Below, in pieces: positions 34,125 through 44,504 of a stretch of 64,000 nt of DNA. The position numbers and the translations under genes are program-made. The stretch is from Candidatus Krumholzibacteriota bacterium (lineage in GTDB: Bacteria > Krumholzibacteriota > Krumholzibacteriia > JAJRXK01): assembly GCA_963727455.1 (NCBI GenBank), contig CAVSGG010000009.1:224001-288000 (forward strand), read 5' to 3'. The first letter of the stretch is position 1; every line of letters begins with the position of its first letter. Under the pieces are notes generated by a model. That model did no database searches, had not been told where the DNA came from, and worked only from the letters and a program-made list of their open reading frames with translations.

Positions 34125-35234
34125 CTACAGCTGGACGGCGATGATGCGGAAGCTGACCTCGACTTCGCAGTCGGCGGATCCGGTGAGGTTGATGGTGTGG
34201 ACGCCGGGCGAAAAGCCGTCGGAGCCGCGATAGACGCGGCTGTCCGACCTGTCGTCCATATCGGAATCGTGTATGGGGTCGCCGAAGTCGGTCCACTGCA
34301 GGTCCCACTCGGTCACGCGCACTTCGACCTCGAGGGCCTGGATTTCGCTGAGTGGGAGCGGGCCGAGCTGCGCGGAGTTGAGGGTCAGCGATCCGTTCTG
34401 GTCAACGTGGATGACGTGGTCCTTGCTGGGATAGTCGGTGGTCTCGGCGACGAGCAGGCGGTCGCCGGTCGGCGTAACGACGTTGATCTGGTAACAGAAT
34501 TCGCCGTCGCCGCCATCAGCGTTGGTGGCGCTGTCGCACGAATTGGGCGCCGCGAATCTTTCGGCTTCCACATAGACTTCGTACTGCTTGGGCAGGGGGT
34601 CACCCACCTGCAGTGTGAACTGCGCGTACTGGCCACGGTACTCGATCCAGAGCTCGGTCGCGCCCTGGTCGACGTGGACGGTGGCCACTCCGAATGGATC
34701 GACGGAAATGGCGGCGGGGTTGGACGAGTCGAAGACCGCGCGGTCGGTGATGTCGAGCGTGGTGGCGTCGGGGTATCGAATCTCGATCTTGAGCTGACGG
34801 GTCTCGCCGGGGTTGAGCTGGAGTGCCTGGTCGACCCCGCTGTATCCCTCGAGTGAGATGGAGCCCTGAGGATACCCACGCGTCGGAACACCGAGAAAGT
34901 CGGAGAAGGTGACGCCGCGGTAGCGGATGCGCACCTGGGTGACACCGATGTCGACCGCTGTCACGACGCCGTTGTCCGCGGTAGCCACGGTGGGGTCGAG
35001 CGTGTCCCAGGCGGCGTCTTCGGTGACATCGTGGGTTGTGCCGTCCTCGTACATGACCATGGCCTTCATGGCCGTGGTGCCACCGAGGGATACGTTGAGC
35101 GCGCCCTCGATCCAAACGCGTGTGATAGCCGGGCCCTTGTCGAGCACCGGGGCGGTGCCGTTGTCAGAGCAGCCGACGACCGCCATCGCGACAAGCAACA
35201 GCGTGATAATGAAATAGAGGTGATTTCGCTTCAT
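34125..35234 (-). CDS. Lipoprotein with two bacterial Ig-like (Big_2-like) domains
   Basis: Lipobox VVGC; YEDGTTHDVTEDAAW...DPTVATAD and YPDATTLDITDRAVFDSSNPAAISV. Confidence 0.75.
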   Translation of the reverse strand: MKRNHLYFIITLLLVAMAVVGCSDNGTAPVLDKGPAITRVWIEGALNVSLGGTTAMKAMVMYEDGTTHDVTEDAAWDTLDPTVATADNGVVTAVDIGVTQVRIRYRGVTFSDFLGVPTRGYPQGSISLEGYSGVDQALQLNPGETRQLKIEIRYPDATTLDITDRAVFDSSNPAAISVDPFGVATVHVDQGATELWIEYRGQYAQFTLQVGDPLPKQYEVYVEAERFAAPNSCDSATNADGGDGEFCYQINVVTPTGDRLLVAETTDYPSKDHVIHVDQNGSLTLNSAQLGPLPLSEIQALEVEVRVTEWDLQWTDFGDPIHDSDMDDRSDSRVYRGSDGFSPGVHTINLTGSADCEVEVSFRIIAVQL

Positions 35235-35265
35235 TTTCAATCCTCGTGTTTGAGCTTCCATTATC

Positions 35266-35436
35266 AAGACTGTAAGCTTTTCTGTGTAACTGGCCTTGAA
35301 CTATACTCTATCAAAGGAGAAGAGCCATGGCCAAGCCAGATCCTACCGACAAGTTGCTCGATGAGCTCATCGCCGGCAAGAAGCCCGAGGAGTTTCTCGG
35401 CAACGATGGCATCCTCAAACAGTTGACCAAGCGCCT
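35266..35436 (+). mobile_element. IS256-family left-end stub fused to remnant 5
   Basis: AGACTGTAAGCTTTTCTGTGTAAC end; RBS; ATG at 35327 giving MAKPDPTDKLLDELIAGKKPEEFLGNDGILKQLTKRL. Confidence 0.65.
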
Positions 35437-36064
35437 CACCGGCCAACGTGATCTCGAACTCGATGTTCTGGAGATGATCCGCCGTCTGTGCGCCTAGATC
35501 CCCGCACCACGCCAGCATTTGGTCAGATACTACGGCTGGTACTCGCACCGGGCCCGAGGGGCAAGAGCTGACCCGCCCGACGCGACGATCGCCAGGGCAC
35601 CGTCCACTGCGCGCAGCCGCAGCTGGGCACGCCTGCTGCGCAGGATCTTCGAGCTGGACCCCATGCTCTGCCCGCAGTGCGGGGGAACCATGAAGATCGT
35701 GTCGGTGATCGACGAAGCAGCGGTGGTGGACCGGATTCTCAGACACCTGGCACGGATCGGCGGCAACGACCCGCACGAAGGGACCGCGCAACGAGCTCCG
35801 CCAAGAGCATGAACCCCTACCAGTACCCTCAGCCTCCCGACGAATGCGCAAGGGCACGAGCGTCGGGGGTACGGTGTGCCCAAGGATAGGTGGAAGCCGC
35901 TCAGGTGGGCGCATGTCGGGCGAACAGAGTTGCGGTAGCGTGAGTCGGGGATCGACCATCAATCCTCATGGTGATCATCGCACCGAGAACACAGCGCAAG
36001 GAGCACCCGTTTCGAAGGTCGTTGCTCGCTTGTCGGCTAAAGCGCCGTATACAATCCACTATCC
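35437..36064 (+). mobile_element. IS91/ISCR-like remnant 5
   Basis: Transposase C-terminus with a TAG near 35495, the 3' region, then CTATCC|GTTC. Confidence 0.9.
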
Positions 36065-36447
36065 GTTCGACCCACCACCCAGGAAAGGCTCAGCCCGATG
36101 GGGCCGATCCAGGGGAAAGTGCAGAGGCTCAGGATCGCAAGGGCGAAGACGCCCAGGGCAGACCAGTCCGGCGGATGTGCGGCGCTCCTTGCGGATGTGG
36201 GTTCGGTTTTGTCTCGTCCCGCATGAGTCTCCCAGTCCGTCGGCTCCCCCAGCCGCTTCAGGATCGCGTTCACCTCGTCGGCGTCGGCGGGCTGCGTGCG
36301 CTCGATACCCACCGATTCGCGAACGTGGTCGCGGATGTCCGTACACACCTCGGTGGCGTCCACTTCCATGCCACGCAACGACTGCCTGACCTCGTCGAGG
36401 TAGCTTTCGAGCGCCGCGGCTCCTTCGGGAGTGAGTCCTTCAGTCAT
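36065..36447 (-). pseudogene. PadR-associated membrane protein (HAAS-like N-terminus), 3'-truncated at the ori junction
   Basis: LESYLDEVRQSL...DIRDHV...ILKRLGEP, then a TM segment that ends at the GAAC junction. Confidence 0.65.
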
Positions 36448-36778
36448 CGCTGGGCTCCGCCAGAATTGCCAAACGGTCGACGAGAGCGGTCCACTCACCC
36501 CTCATCCACGTGAGTTCCCGCCGGCCAATTCGAGTCAATCGGTAGTATTTTCGCGCCGGGCCTTCGGCGGATTCCACGAGTTCGCTCGAAATCAGACCGG
36601 CGCGCTTCAAGCGGTTCAGCATGGGATAGACCGTGCCCTCGCCCACCTCGAGGCCGGTGACTTCGCAGATTCTCTGAACCAGGTCATAGCCGTATCGCTT
36701 CCTTTCATGCAGGACTTCGAGCACCACGAGCTCCAGCACGCCCTTTCGGAGCTGCGTCATCCAGTTGTCACGCATCAT
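36440..36778 (-). CDS. PadR-family regulator
   Basis: TQLRKGVLEL...YGYDL...EGTVYPMLNRL...GPARKYYRLT; near-palindrome TACTATGTATAACATAGTA at 36793-36811 upstream. Confidence 0.9.
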   Translation of the reverse strand: MMRDNWMTQLRKGVLELVVLEVLHERKRYGYDLVQRICEVTGLEVGEGTVYPMLNRLKRAGLISSELVESAEGPARKYYRLTRIGRRELTWMRGEWTALVDRLAILAEPSDD

Positions 36779-36947
36779 TAGCTTTCACCATGTACTATGT
36801 ATAACATAGTAGTGGTGCGGCAGCAAGGGTTCACTGGAGCGAGAAGATCTGGGTGGGACTCTTGAAAGAGATGACTGGTTCGGCCTACAATGGCTCTGGC
36901 TCCCGACGGTAAAGACTTGTATGCTGCCACGAAGAAGGAGTCGCACC

Positions 36948-37628
36948 ATGATCAAACTAGCCATGTTCGCTACCTTCGTGGCGATCCTCGCCATGGCTTC
37001 CGAGGCATCCGCTCAGAAGATCGGCATGGCCTTCGACGAGGCGGGAACCGTGTTCTACATCGACGGACGAACGGATCTCGTTCCCAATCCTGACCTATAT
37101 GACTTCCCCTCAGTCGACGTCTGGGTCATCGCGTACGACATTCCCGAGCTCTCCGGATACGAGTACAAACTGAGCTCGACCGATGCTTCTGCTATTGTTA
37201 GCACTGCGGTCGTCTATCCTACGGCGACGGCTCAAAACTCCGGCGATGCCTTGGTGGGTGAGGTTCGTGTCGACACCGGGGTCTGCTTCCTGGCCGGTAG
37301 TGCAGATGCGGGACCCGATCCTACTCATATCCGCCTGGCCAAGCATACCTTCACCTGGACTTCACCCCCGACGGTGGACGTGCTTTACTGTATCGGCCCC
37401 TCGATCGCTTCGGGTGCGGTTGCTCCGCAGTACACGGAGTGCGTCGCGAATCCGGCCTCTCTCTCCTTTGGTGTTGCAAATGAATGGGATGACACCTGCA
37501 CCCCTTATGGCTGCGTTCCCATCGTCTTCGAGTGGGAATCTGACGGAGTAACGGGGGTAAATTGCCGGCAGCGTGAACCCTCACCAGCTGCGTCCACGAG
37601 CTGGGGCGCGCTAAAGGCCGCATACTAG
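36948..37628 (+). CDS. Secreted protein ending in an SWGxxKAxY motif
   Basis: GGAG RBS, signal peptide, C-terminal STSWGALKAAY. Confidence 0.7.
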   Translation: MIKLAMFATFVAILAMASEASAQKIGMAFDEAGTVFYIDGRTDLVPNPDLYDFPSVDVWVIAYDIPELSGYEYKLSSTDASAIVSTAVVYPTATAQNSGDALVGEVRVDTGVCFLAGSADAGPDPTHIRLAKHTFTWTSPPTVDVLYCIGPSIASGAVAPQYTECVANPASLSFGVANEWDDTCTPYGCVPIVFEWESDGVTGVNCRQREPSPAASTSWGALKAAY

Positions 37629-37651
37629 CGCGACCTGACAAGTCACTTTTC

Positions 37652-37970
37652 CTTGGCACGGATCGGCGGCAACGACCCGCACGAGGGGACGGCGCAACGA
37701 GCTCCGCCTAGAGCATGAACCCCTACCTGATCGCTCAGCCTCCCGACGAATGCGTAACAGCACGAGCGTCGGGGGTACGGTGTGCCCAAGGATAGGTGGA
37801 AGCCGCTCAGGTGGGCGCATGTCGAGCGAACAGAGTTGCGGTAGGGTGAGTCGGGGATCGACGATCAATCCTCATGGTGATCATCGCACCGAGAACAGCA
37901 TGCGAGGGACGCACGTTTCGAAGGTCAGTGCTCGCTCGGCGTCCAAAGCGCCGTATACAATCCACTATCC
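37652..37970 (+). mobile_element. IS91/ISCR-like remnant 6
   Basis: Last transposase codons plus the 3' region; CTATCC|GTAA. Confidence 0.9.
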
Positions 37971-38225
37971 GTAATTCCTGGGCTGGCGCTGAGGTGTACC
38001 TGATCGGCTCGACTTGCCCCCCGGGCACGAGCGGCGCTATGATCTGAAAAGTTCCCCCGTATCCAGGAGAATTCGATGGTCCGATTCCCGCGCAATGGGA
38101 TCAGGGCTCGGCCATTTTTTGCGATCAGCCAGTTCCAGTGGATCACTTCCTCTGGAGCGTCCTCTTCGAAGGTGACCATCGTGGCAAGACTCCGCCGGTC
38201 CGCGTGCAAGGTCTCTGAGGCGACC

Positions 38226-38921
38226 ATGCACGCCATCATGGGCCGCTTCCTGCTCCGATCCTCGTTCGCGACCCTCGCCACCGCCCTGGTTCTGTTCTCC
38301 GCCTGCTCGAGCTCCAAGAGCCCCACTGGCACGTCCACTTCCTGCGGAGATGCAAACGTCCACTGCGTGTACGCAACCCTACAGGCCACAGACTGGCGGA
38401 CCAGTGTAACCTATCTGGGACCGACCTACGACGTTACCGACTACGTAGGAGCCGGCTATTTGGAGACGCCGAACATCCCAGACGTTTCGCCCGGGGATGA
38501 GATCACCCTCAACATCACACTCTCTCCTCCGATCGTGGTCACCAGTAATGTGCCGTCTCTGGTAGCCCTGCAGTTCGTGGGCTTACTCGACAACGTCAAC
38601 ACCTACCTGTACATGACCGCCGATGCGTCCGTTAGCTTGCGAGGAGACTGGACGAACGCGGAGCCTCAGCCAGTGAGCATGCGCGGGATCGGGAGGCCGG
38701 GATACGTCGAGCACTTGCTCGCCAACGTGAACGTGAGTGGGTTGTCCGAAGGTGACGAGCTGAAGGGAATCAGCCTTCGATTCACCATGCCTGAAGTATG
38801 GTCCGATTCCACGGCGATCGCATTGGATCGGACCTTTCCCTTCAACAGCTTCAATTGGTCCACCGAACTGCCTGGCGACACCAGCGGAGATATTCCCCCA
38901 ATCCAGTTGAAAGCACAGTGA
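38226..38921 (+). CDS. Lipoprotein, paralog A
   Basis: Lipobox FSAC-SSSKSPTG; similar to 38928 along its length. Confidence 0.7.
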   Translation: MHAIMGRFLLRSSFATLATALVLFSACSSSKSPTGTSTSCGDANVHCVYATLQATDWRTSVTYLGPTYDVTDYVGAGYLETPNIPDVSPGDEITLNITLSPPIVVTSNVPSLVALQFVGLLDNVNTYLYMTADASVSLRGDWTNAEPQPVSMRGIGRPGYVEHLLANVNVSGLSEGDELKGISLRFTMPEVWSDSTAIALDRTFPFNSFNWSTELPGDTSGDIPPIQLKAQ

Positions 38922-38927
38922 TTTAAG

Positions 38928-39608
38928 ATGATGAATCGCCCCAAGCCGCTTCCTTTGTTCGTTCTCCTTTTGACCCTCGGCGTCTTGCTCTTCGCCTGCT
39001 CGGACAGCAAGAGTCCCACCGGCCCTTCCATCGCCTGTGGGGATGCAAATGTGGATTGTTTGACACAGAGCTTCGGTGCATCCGATTGGGCACAGAACGC
39101 CAGCTACTACGCTCCGGGAGACGTAACGAACTTCACCGGGGGCACCGCGCTCTCCGCCCCGAACTTCTCGGACGTCTCACCAGGAGATCAAGTCCACATC
39201 CAGCTGTCGTTCTCGCCACCTCTCGTCGTGACGAGCAACGTGCCGTCCCAAGTAACACTCATGCTGGAGGGAACGAACGGCACCAGTAGCTATGACGAAT
39301 ACGTGTATGCCCCGCATACCTTTCGGATCCGAGGAAGCTGGCCCGACCCGTCGGGGACCAGGGTCGCCATCAACGGCATTAGAAAGACGGGCGAGATCGT
39401 GGAACTCAGAATCGACTGGCGCCCCACGGGCTTCTCCGAGGGGGATGAACTACGCGGTCTTACGGTGGACTTCACCATGCCCTCCGCGTGGTCCGACGGA
39501 GTGGACATCGGCGACAAACAACCGCTTCCCATCGAAGTCCTGACTTGGATCGTGAAGTTCGATGGCGACCACTCCGGAGACACCCCGCCAATTCAAGTGG
39601 GGAACTGA
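38928..39608 (+). CDS. Lipoprotein, paralog B
   Basis: Lipobox LFAC-SDSKSPTG; shares CGDANV, DVSPGD, VVTSNVPS, SEGDEL, FTMP..WSD and SGD.PPIQ with paralog A. Confidence 0.7.
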   Translation: MMNRPKPLPLFVLLLTLGVLLFACSDSKSPTGPSIACGDANVDCLTQSFGASDWAQNASYYAPGDVTNFTGGTALSAPNFSDVSPGDQVHIQLSFSPPLVVTSNVPSQVTLMLEGTNGTSSYDEYVYAPHTFRIRGSWPDPSGTRVAINGIRKTGEIVELRIDWRPTGFSEGDELRGLTVDFTMPSAWSDGVDIGDKQPLPIEVLTWIVKFDGDHSGDTPPIQVGN

Positions 39609-39625
39609 CTCCGGAAGCGCTAGGA

Positions 39626-40588
39626 GCGAGGCGGTCGATGACCCCCGGGCGCAGGTGGGCACCATCGCGTCGATCCAGACCTTCGGCAGCTACGCCGCGA
39701 ACTTCCATCCGCACGTCCACGCGCTGATCACCGAGGGAGCGTTCCACCTACCGCGCCGCGGCGATCCATGGTTTGAGCGCGTCGAGTGGTGGGATCAGAA
39801 GACGCTGACTGAGCTGTTTCGACGGCTGGTGCTTAAAGAGCTCCGGCGCGCGAAGCGCCTGCGCGAGGAGACCGAGGCCATGCTCCTGTCATGGCAGCAC
39901 TCGGGCTTCGGGGTCCATGCCGGCGAGCCGGTGCTGCCCGATCACACCGAGCGCCAGGAGCACCTCGCGCGGTACATCACCCGCGCGCCGATCCGGCTCG
40001 ACGCGATCACCCCGCTCGACGCCAGCATTTGGTCAGATACTACGGCTGGTACTCGCACCGGGCTCGAGGGGCAAGAGCCAACCCCCAGGACGCGACGATC
40101 GCCAGGGCACCCTCCACTGCGCGCAGCCGCAGCTGGGCACGCCTGCTGCGCAGGATCTTCGAGCTGGACCCCATGCTCTGCCCGCAGTGCGGGGTAATGA
40201 TGAAGATCGTGTCGGTGATCGACGAAGCAGCGGTGGTGGACCGGATTCTCAGACACTTGGCACGGATCGGCGGCAACGACCCGCACGAGGGGACGGCGCA
40301 ACGAGCTCCGCCTAGAGCATGAACCCCTACCTGATCTCTCAGCCTCCCGACGAATGCGTAACAGCACGAGCGTCGGGGGTACGGTGTGCCCAAGGATAGG
40401 TGGAAGCCGCTCAGGTGGGCGCATGTCGGGCGAACAGAGTTGCGGTAGGGTGAGTCGGGGATCGACGATCAATCCTCATGGTGATCATCGCACCGAGAAC
40501 ACAGCGCAAAGAGCTCCCGTCTCGAAGGTCGTTGCTCGCTTTTCGGCTAAAGCGCCGTATTCAATCCACTATCCGTAATCCACTATCC
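39626..40588 (+). mobile_element. IS91/ISCR-like remnant 7 (longest; HUH motif; internal deletion; 14-bp duplicated end)
   Basis: IQTFGSYAANFHPHVHALITEG and LARYITRAP; about 110-bp deletion near 40022; (AATCCACTATCCGT)x2. Confidence 0.92.
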
Positions 40589-41394
40589 GTCGATTCCCCA
40601 GGAACTCCCGGAGCAATCGGTGTCCAATCTCGGCGTCGAAACCGACGCTCCATGGAGCTACGTGGAGGATCCAGACTTCCATAGCAAAGTTGTGAGGGTG
40701 ACGATGTCGAATCCGGCATCGAGCCTATGGGTGATTCTGTCGGCCCGCGTGCTACGCCGCCCCGTACAAGGCGCCGGAGCCGGCGACGCTCGATGCCGCG
40801 CAGCGCCGCCTCTTTCTGCGCGAGGAGGGGCTGGTCAGTCTCAGCCCACGCATCCAGGCGCTGGCCGACAGCATCGCGGGCTCCAACCGCACTCGCTTCG
40901 ACTATGTCCGATCGACCATGAGTTACGACAAGCAGACCCCTGGTTGGGGGCACGGCGACTCGGAGCGGGCCTGCGATGTCCGCCGCGGGAACTGCACCGA
41001 CTTCCACTCGCTTTTCCTCTCGCTCTCGCGGGCCGAAGGCGTGCCGGCCAGATTCGAGATGGGCTTCCCCATGTCGCTCGCTGGCGAGAGCAATCATGCC
41101 GGGGGCTACCACTGCTGGGCCTGGTTCTACGACGACAGCGCGCAGGTCTGGGTCCCGGTCGACATCTCCGAGGCCAAGCTCGAGCCAAAGCGTTCCGACT
41201 ACCTCTTTGGACACCTGGACGCCGAGAGGGTGAGCTTCTCCCGCGGTCGCGATGTGCAGCTGCCAGGCATGAAAGGGCGCCCCCTCAACTACCTTCCCAG
41301 CAGCGCCTACGTGGAAGTGGACGGGAAGCCGCTCGACACGGTCGTGCGCACGCTCAGTTACTCGGTGGACGGGGCGGTGGGGGCCAAAGACTGA
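40589..41394 (+). pseudogene. Transglutaminase-like protein, 5'-truncated at the ori junction and frameshifted
   Basis: GNCTDFHSLF, YHCWAWFY and WVPVD triad motifs; upstream IPQELPEQSVSNL begins at the junction in another frame. Confidence 0.75.
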
Positions 41395-41622
41395 TCGTCG
41401 AAGGCAGGGAGAAGATCAGTTCAGGCCGACGGCGGTCCTGGCCCAGCTAGCCGGACCGCCCGTCACACCTCACGGCTTCGCGCGACCTATTCTCTACGAG
41501 CCCCGCGGTGACGCCTCGAGTCGCACGCGTCTCGCGTTGAGGTCCCTAGGGATAGGAACTTCGATTTCGGATTTCCTTCTCATTTCCGGAGGAAAGGCCG
41601 TCCCCAAGAACTGGAGAGACTC

Positions 41623-44052
41623 ATGAAGCGCCCCCTCTTTGCAATTTCTTGCGCCGTGTTCGTAGTTCTGGCCCTGCCAGCAGCGCCCAGCCAGGCCTCG
41701 TGGCAGCAGTATGGCAATCCGGTGAGCTCGGTAATCAACGAGCAACAGCATTCGAGAGCGATCCCGGACGGCTCGGGCGGAGCATTCGTCGTCTGGGAGG
41801 ACGATCGCATCAGTTCGTCCGAGACGGACATCTATGCCCAGCGCCTCGATGCGGAAGGCAATCCTCTCTGGGTGGTCAATGGAGTAGCCGTGTGTACGGC
41901 CAGCAACGTTCAGATCGAACCGCAGCTGGTCAGCGCCGGTCCGGGTGGCGTAATCATCTCCTGGACTGACTATCGGCTTGGTTCCTCGAATGCCAATATC
42001 TACGCGCAGCGGCTCAGTACCGGTGGCATTCCACAGTGGACATCCAACGGCATCCTCGTCTGCGGAGCGGCCAATGACCAGTACGGTTCCCAGGTTGTTG
42101 CCGATGGAAAGGGAGGAGCCATCTTCACCTGGATGGATAAGAGGGCAGACACGCTTGGAGATATCTACGCTCAGCGACTCTCGGCAGCGGGTACGGGACA
42201 ATGGACCAGTAATGGAGTTGCAGTGTGTAGCGAAGGCTCGCAACAGTCAGACGTTCGTGCCGATAGCGATGGCATGGGCGGGATCGTAATGGCCTGGTAC
42301 GACTTTCGCTTTCCGGATGCGGACATCTTCGTCAACCGTCTCGATGACAGCGGATCGGTACTCTGGGGGAACAACGGAAGGGACATCAGCGGCATCATCG
42401 GAACCAGTGAGTTGAATCCAGAGATCGTTGGAGACGACGCCGGTGGCGCGGCGGTGATCTGGGAGGATGCGCGTAGCGGCGATCCGGATCTGTACGCCAC
42501 AATCCTGAACGCATCTGGCATCTCGACGACGACACCGTTTGCGGTGGCGGCAGAGGTTGATCGCCAGGACGACGCCGAGATGATTCGCGACCCCGCCACG
42601 GGAGATCTGATCGTGGTCTTCGTCGACCGGCGATCCACCGCGACCAACGACAACGACATCTATGCACAACGTTTCGATACGACCGGGAAGATGAAGTGGG
42701 ATTACAATGGAGTCGCGCTTTGCACTGCGACGTTCAACCAATTCAGCCCGAATCTGGCACTGGACGACGATGGCGGAGTTGTGTTTGCCTGGGAAGACTT
42801 TCGGAATTCACCCGCAGGGGGCATCTACGCGCAGCGGCTCTCGACCGAGGGCACACGCATGTGGCCGAACAACGGCATCCAGTTGTCCAAGCTACTGCTC
42901 TGCCGGGATCCTCAGGTTGTCGCAGACGGCGCGGGCGGAGCGTTCATCGCCTGGATGGACCACTTTACCGGTGACGGAGACATTCTGGCCCAGCGCGTCG
43001 AACTCGCCCATGGTTACTGGGGACACCCCGAACCGGTAATTTCGAGCGTCGCGGATGTTCCCGGCGATCAAGGCGGATTCGTGCGCGTGGACTGGCTACC
43101 GAGCGACCACGACGCGGCGGGTTTGACGGAGATCAGTCACTACTCGGTATGGCGCGCGACCGATGCCATCGCCAAGACTGCTGGTGGCGGCTTGACGCCC
43201 CAGGTCACCCTGGACGAAGTGGGCGCTGAATTCGAAGGCCCCGCCTACCGCCTCTCCGCGGCCGGCGACTTTTATTGGGAGTACATGGGGGAGCAGAGTG
43301 CCCACGCCTTCCCGGGTTACAGCATGGCAGTGGCGACCGAATCGGACATGACCGGCACCAATCCGGCTTTGCACCATTTCCAGGTCGTTGCCCATACCTA
43401 CTCGCAGTACGTGGTGTTCCCGTCGATTGAGGCAAGCGGTGCTTCGGTGGACGACCTGGCTCCCGCCTCGGCCAAGACCCTGGCCGCGGTGCGCGCTGGC
43501 GAGACCAACGTCGATCTCGACTGGAGCCCCAGTGGGGCGAATGAGCCCGACTTCCTCGAGTACGAGGTGTACCGCAGCAGCTCGCCCGCGGTCGCGATTG
43601 ACCCGGGCAACTTCCTGTTCGTGACAGCAGACACAATGGCCGTCGACACCGGCGCCGCTGCAACTTCGCCCTGGTACTACGTCGTTGTGGCGAAGGACGT
43701 ACACGGGAACCTCAGTGACGCGTCCAACGAAGCCATGGTCGACGTGGTAACCGGCGTGGGGAACTTTCAGCCCACCTCGCTGGGCCTCTTGAGCAACTGG
43801 CCGAACCCCTTTGGGTCGAGTGGGACGCAGCTTCGCCTGCGCTTGCCCCGCGCGGGTGAGGCCACTCTGGAGGTTTTCGATGTGCGCGGCCGCCGTGTGC
43901 GTGAGATCCGGCAACGATTCGGCGAAGGGGTGAATCGTCTCGAGTTCGACGGGCGCGACGCCCATGGGAGCGAACTGCCCAGCGGAGTGTATCTGGTTCG
44001 CCTGAAGTACGGCGGCGAATCGATGAGCCGGAAGATCATCATGCAGCGCTAG
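41623..44052 (+). CDS. Secreted repeat (propeller-like) protein with a C-terminal FlgD-Ig domain
   Basis: Signal peptide; DGxGGAxxxWxDxR...DIYAQR repeats; NWPNPF...FDVRGRRVR...SGVYLVRL tail. Confidence 0.8.
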   Translation: MKRPLFAISCAVFVVLALPAAPSQASWQQYGNPVSSVINEQQHSRAIPDGSGGAFVVWEDDRISSSETDIYAQRLDAEGNPLWVVNGVAVCTASNVQIEPQLVSAGPGGVIISWTDYRLGSSNANIYAQRLSTGGIPQWTSNGILVCGAANDQYGSQVVADGKGGAIFTWMDKRADTLGDIYAQRLSAAGTGQWTSNGVAVCSEGSQQSDVRADSDGMGGIVMAWYDFRFPDADIFVNRLDDSGSVLWGNNGRDISGIIGTSELNPEIVGDDAGGAAVIWEDARSGDPDLYATILNASGISTTTPFAVAAEVDRQDDAEMIRDPATGDLIVVFVDRRSTATNDNDIYAQRFDTTGKMKWDYNGVALCTATFNQFSPNLALDDDGGVVFAWEDFRNSPAGGIYAQRLSTEGTRMWPNNGIQLSKLLLCRDPQVVADGAGGAFIAWMDHFTGDGDILAQRVELAHGYWGHPEPVISSVADVPGDQGGFVRVDWLPSDHDAAGLTEISHYSVWRATDAIAKTAGGGLTPQVTLDEVGAEFEGPAYRLSAAGDFYWEYMGEQSAHAFPGYSMAVATESDMTGTNPALHHFQVVAHTYSQYVVFPSIEASGASVDDLAPASAKTLAAVRAGETNVDLDWSPSGANEPDFLEYEVYRSSSPAVAIDPGNFLFVTADTMAVDTGAAATSPWYYVVVAKDVHGNLSDASNEAMVDVVTGVGNFQPTSLGLLSNWPNPFGSSGTQLRLRLPRAGEATLEVFDVRGRRVREIRQRFGEGVNRLEFDGRDAHGSELPSGVYLVRLKYGGESMSRKIIMQR

Positions 44053-44107
44053 CTGCGGGCGGCATTACCCAGCCACGACGCAAGCGATCGCCGGGCCCAT
44101 CGTTCGC

Positions 44108-44500
44108 TCAAGCCGACGGCGGACCCGTCTTGTCGATGAGCTTCATCATGGCATGCGTGTCGGGAGCGATCAGCTCCGCGATGCGGGCGGAATTCACGTC
44201 GGCCACGATCATCTGACCCACCTCGCTGTGCACGTCGCTGAAGATGCCGTGCTTCATCATCTTCTGGGTCTGGTAGTGGTTGTCTTCGGTGGGGCTTACG
44301 TAGTGTACCGAGACCGCCCTGTAGCGGTGGATCAAAAACACGTGAATCAGAGTCATCAGGCGTTTCTTGCGCATCTCTTCGGCGAAAGTGTTTTGTATAC
44401 GAATGGAGAAAATGCTGCGTTCCTTGCGGTCCTTGATGTCGGCGAAGACCACGTTGGCCAGCTTGTCACCCTGACCGTCCTTGAGAACCAGCTCCAGAAG
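44108..44500 (-). pseudogene. C-terminal domain fragment of a long-form isocitrate lyase (ICL2 type)
   Basis: QNTFAEEMRKKRLMTLIHVFLIHRY...HYVSPTEDNHYQTQKMMKHGIF...EVGQMIVADVN resembles the ICL2 C-terminus; the 5' part is replaced by remnant 8. Confidence 0.7.
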
Positions 44501-44504
44501 ATAA

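Noticed and set aside
39562-40322. Remnant 7 as an intact transposase gene
   Set aside because: It lacks the N-terminus and start signals and has an internal frameshifting deletion.
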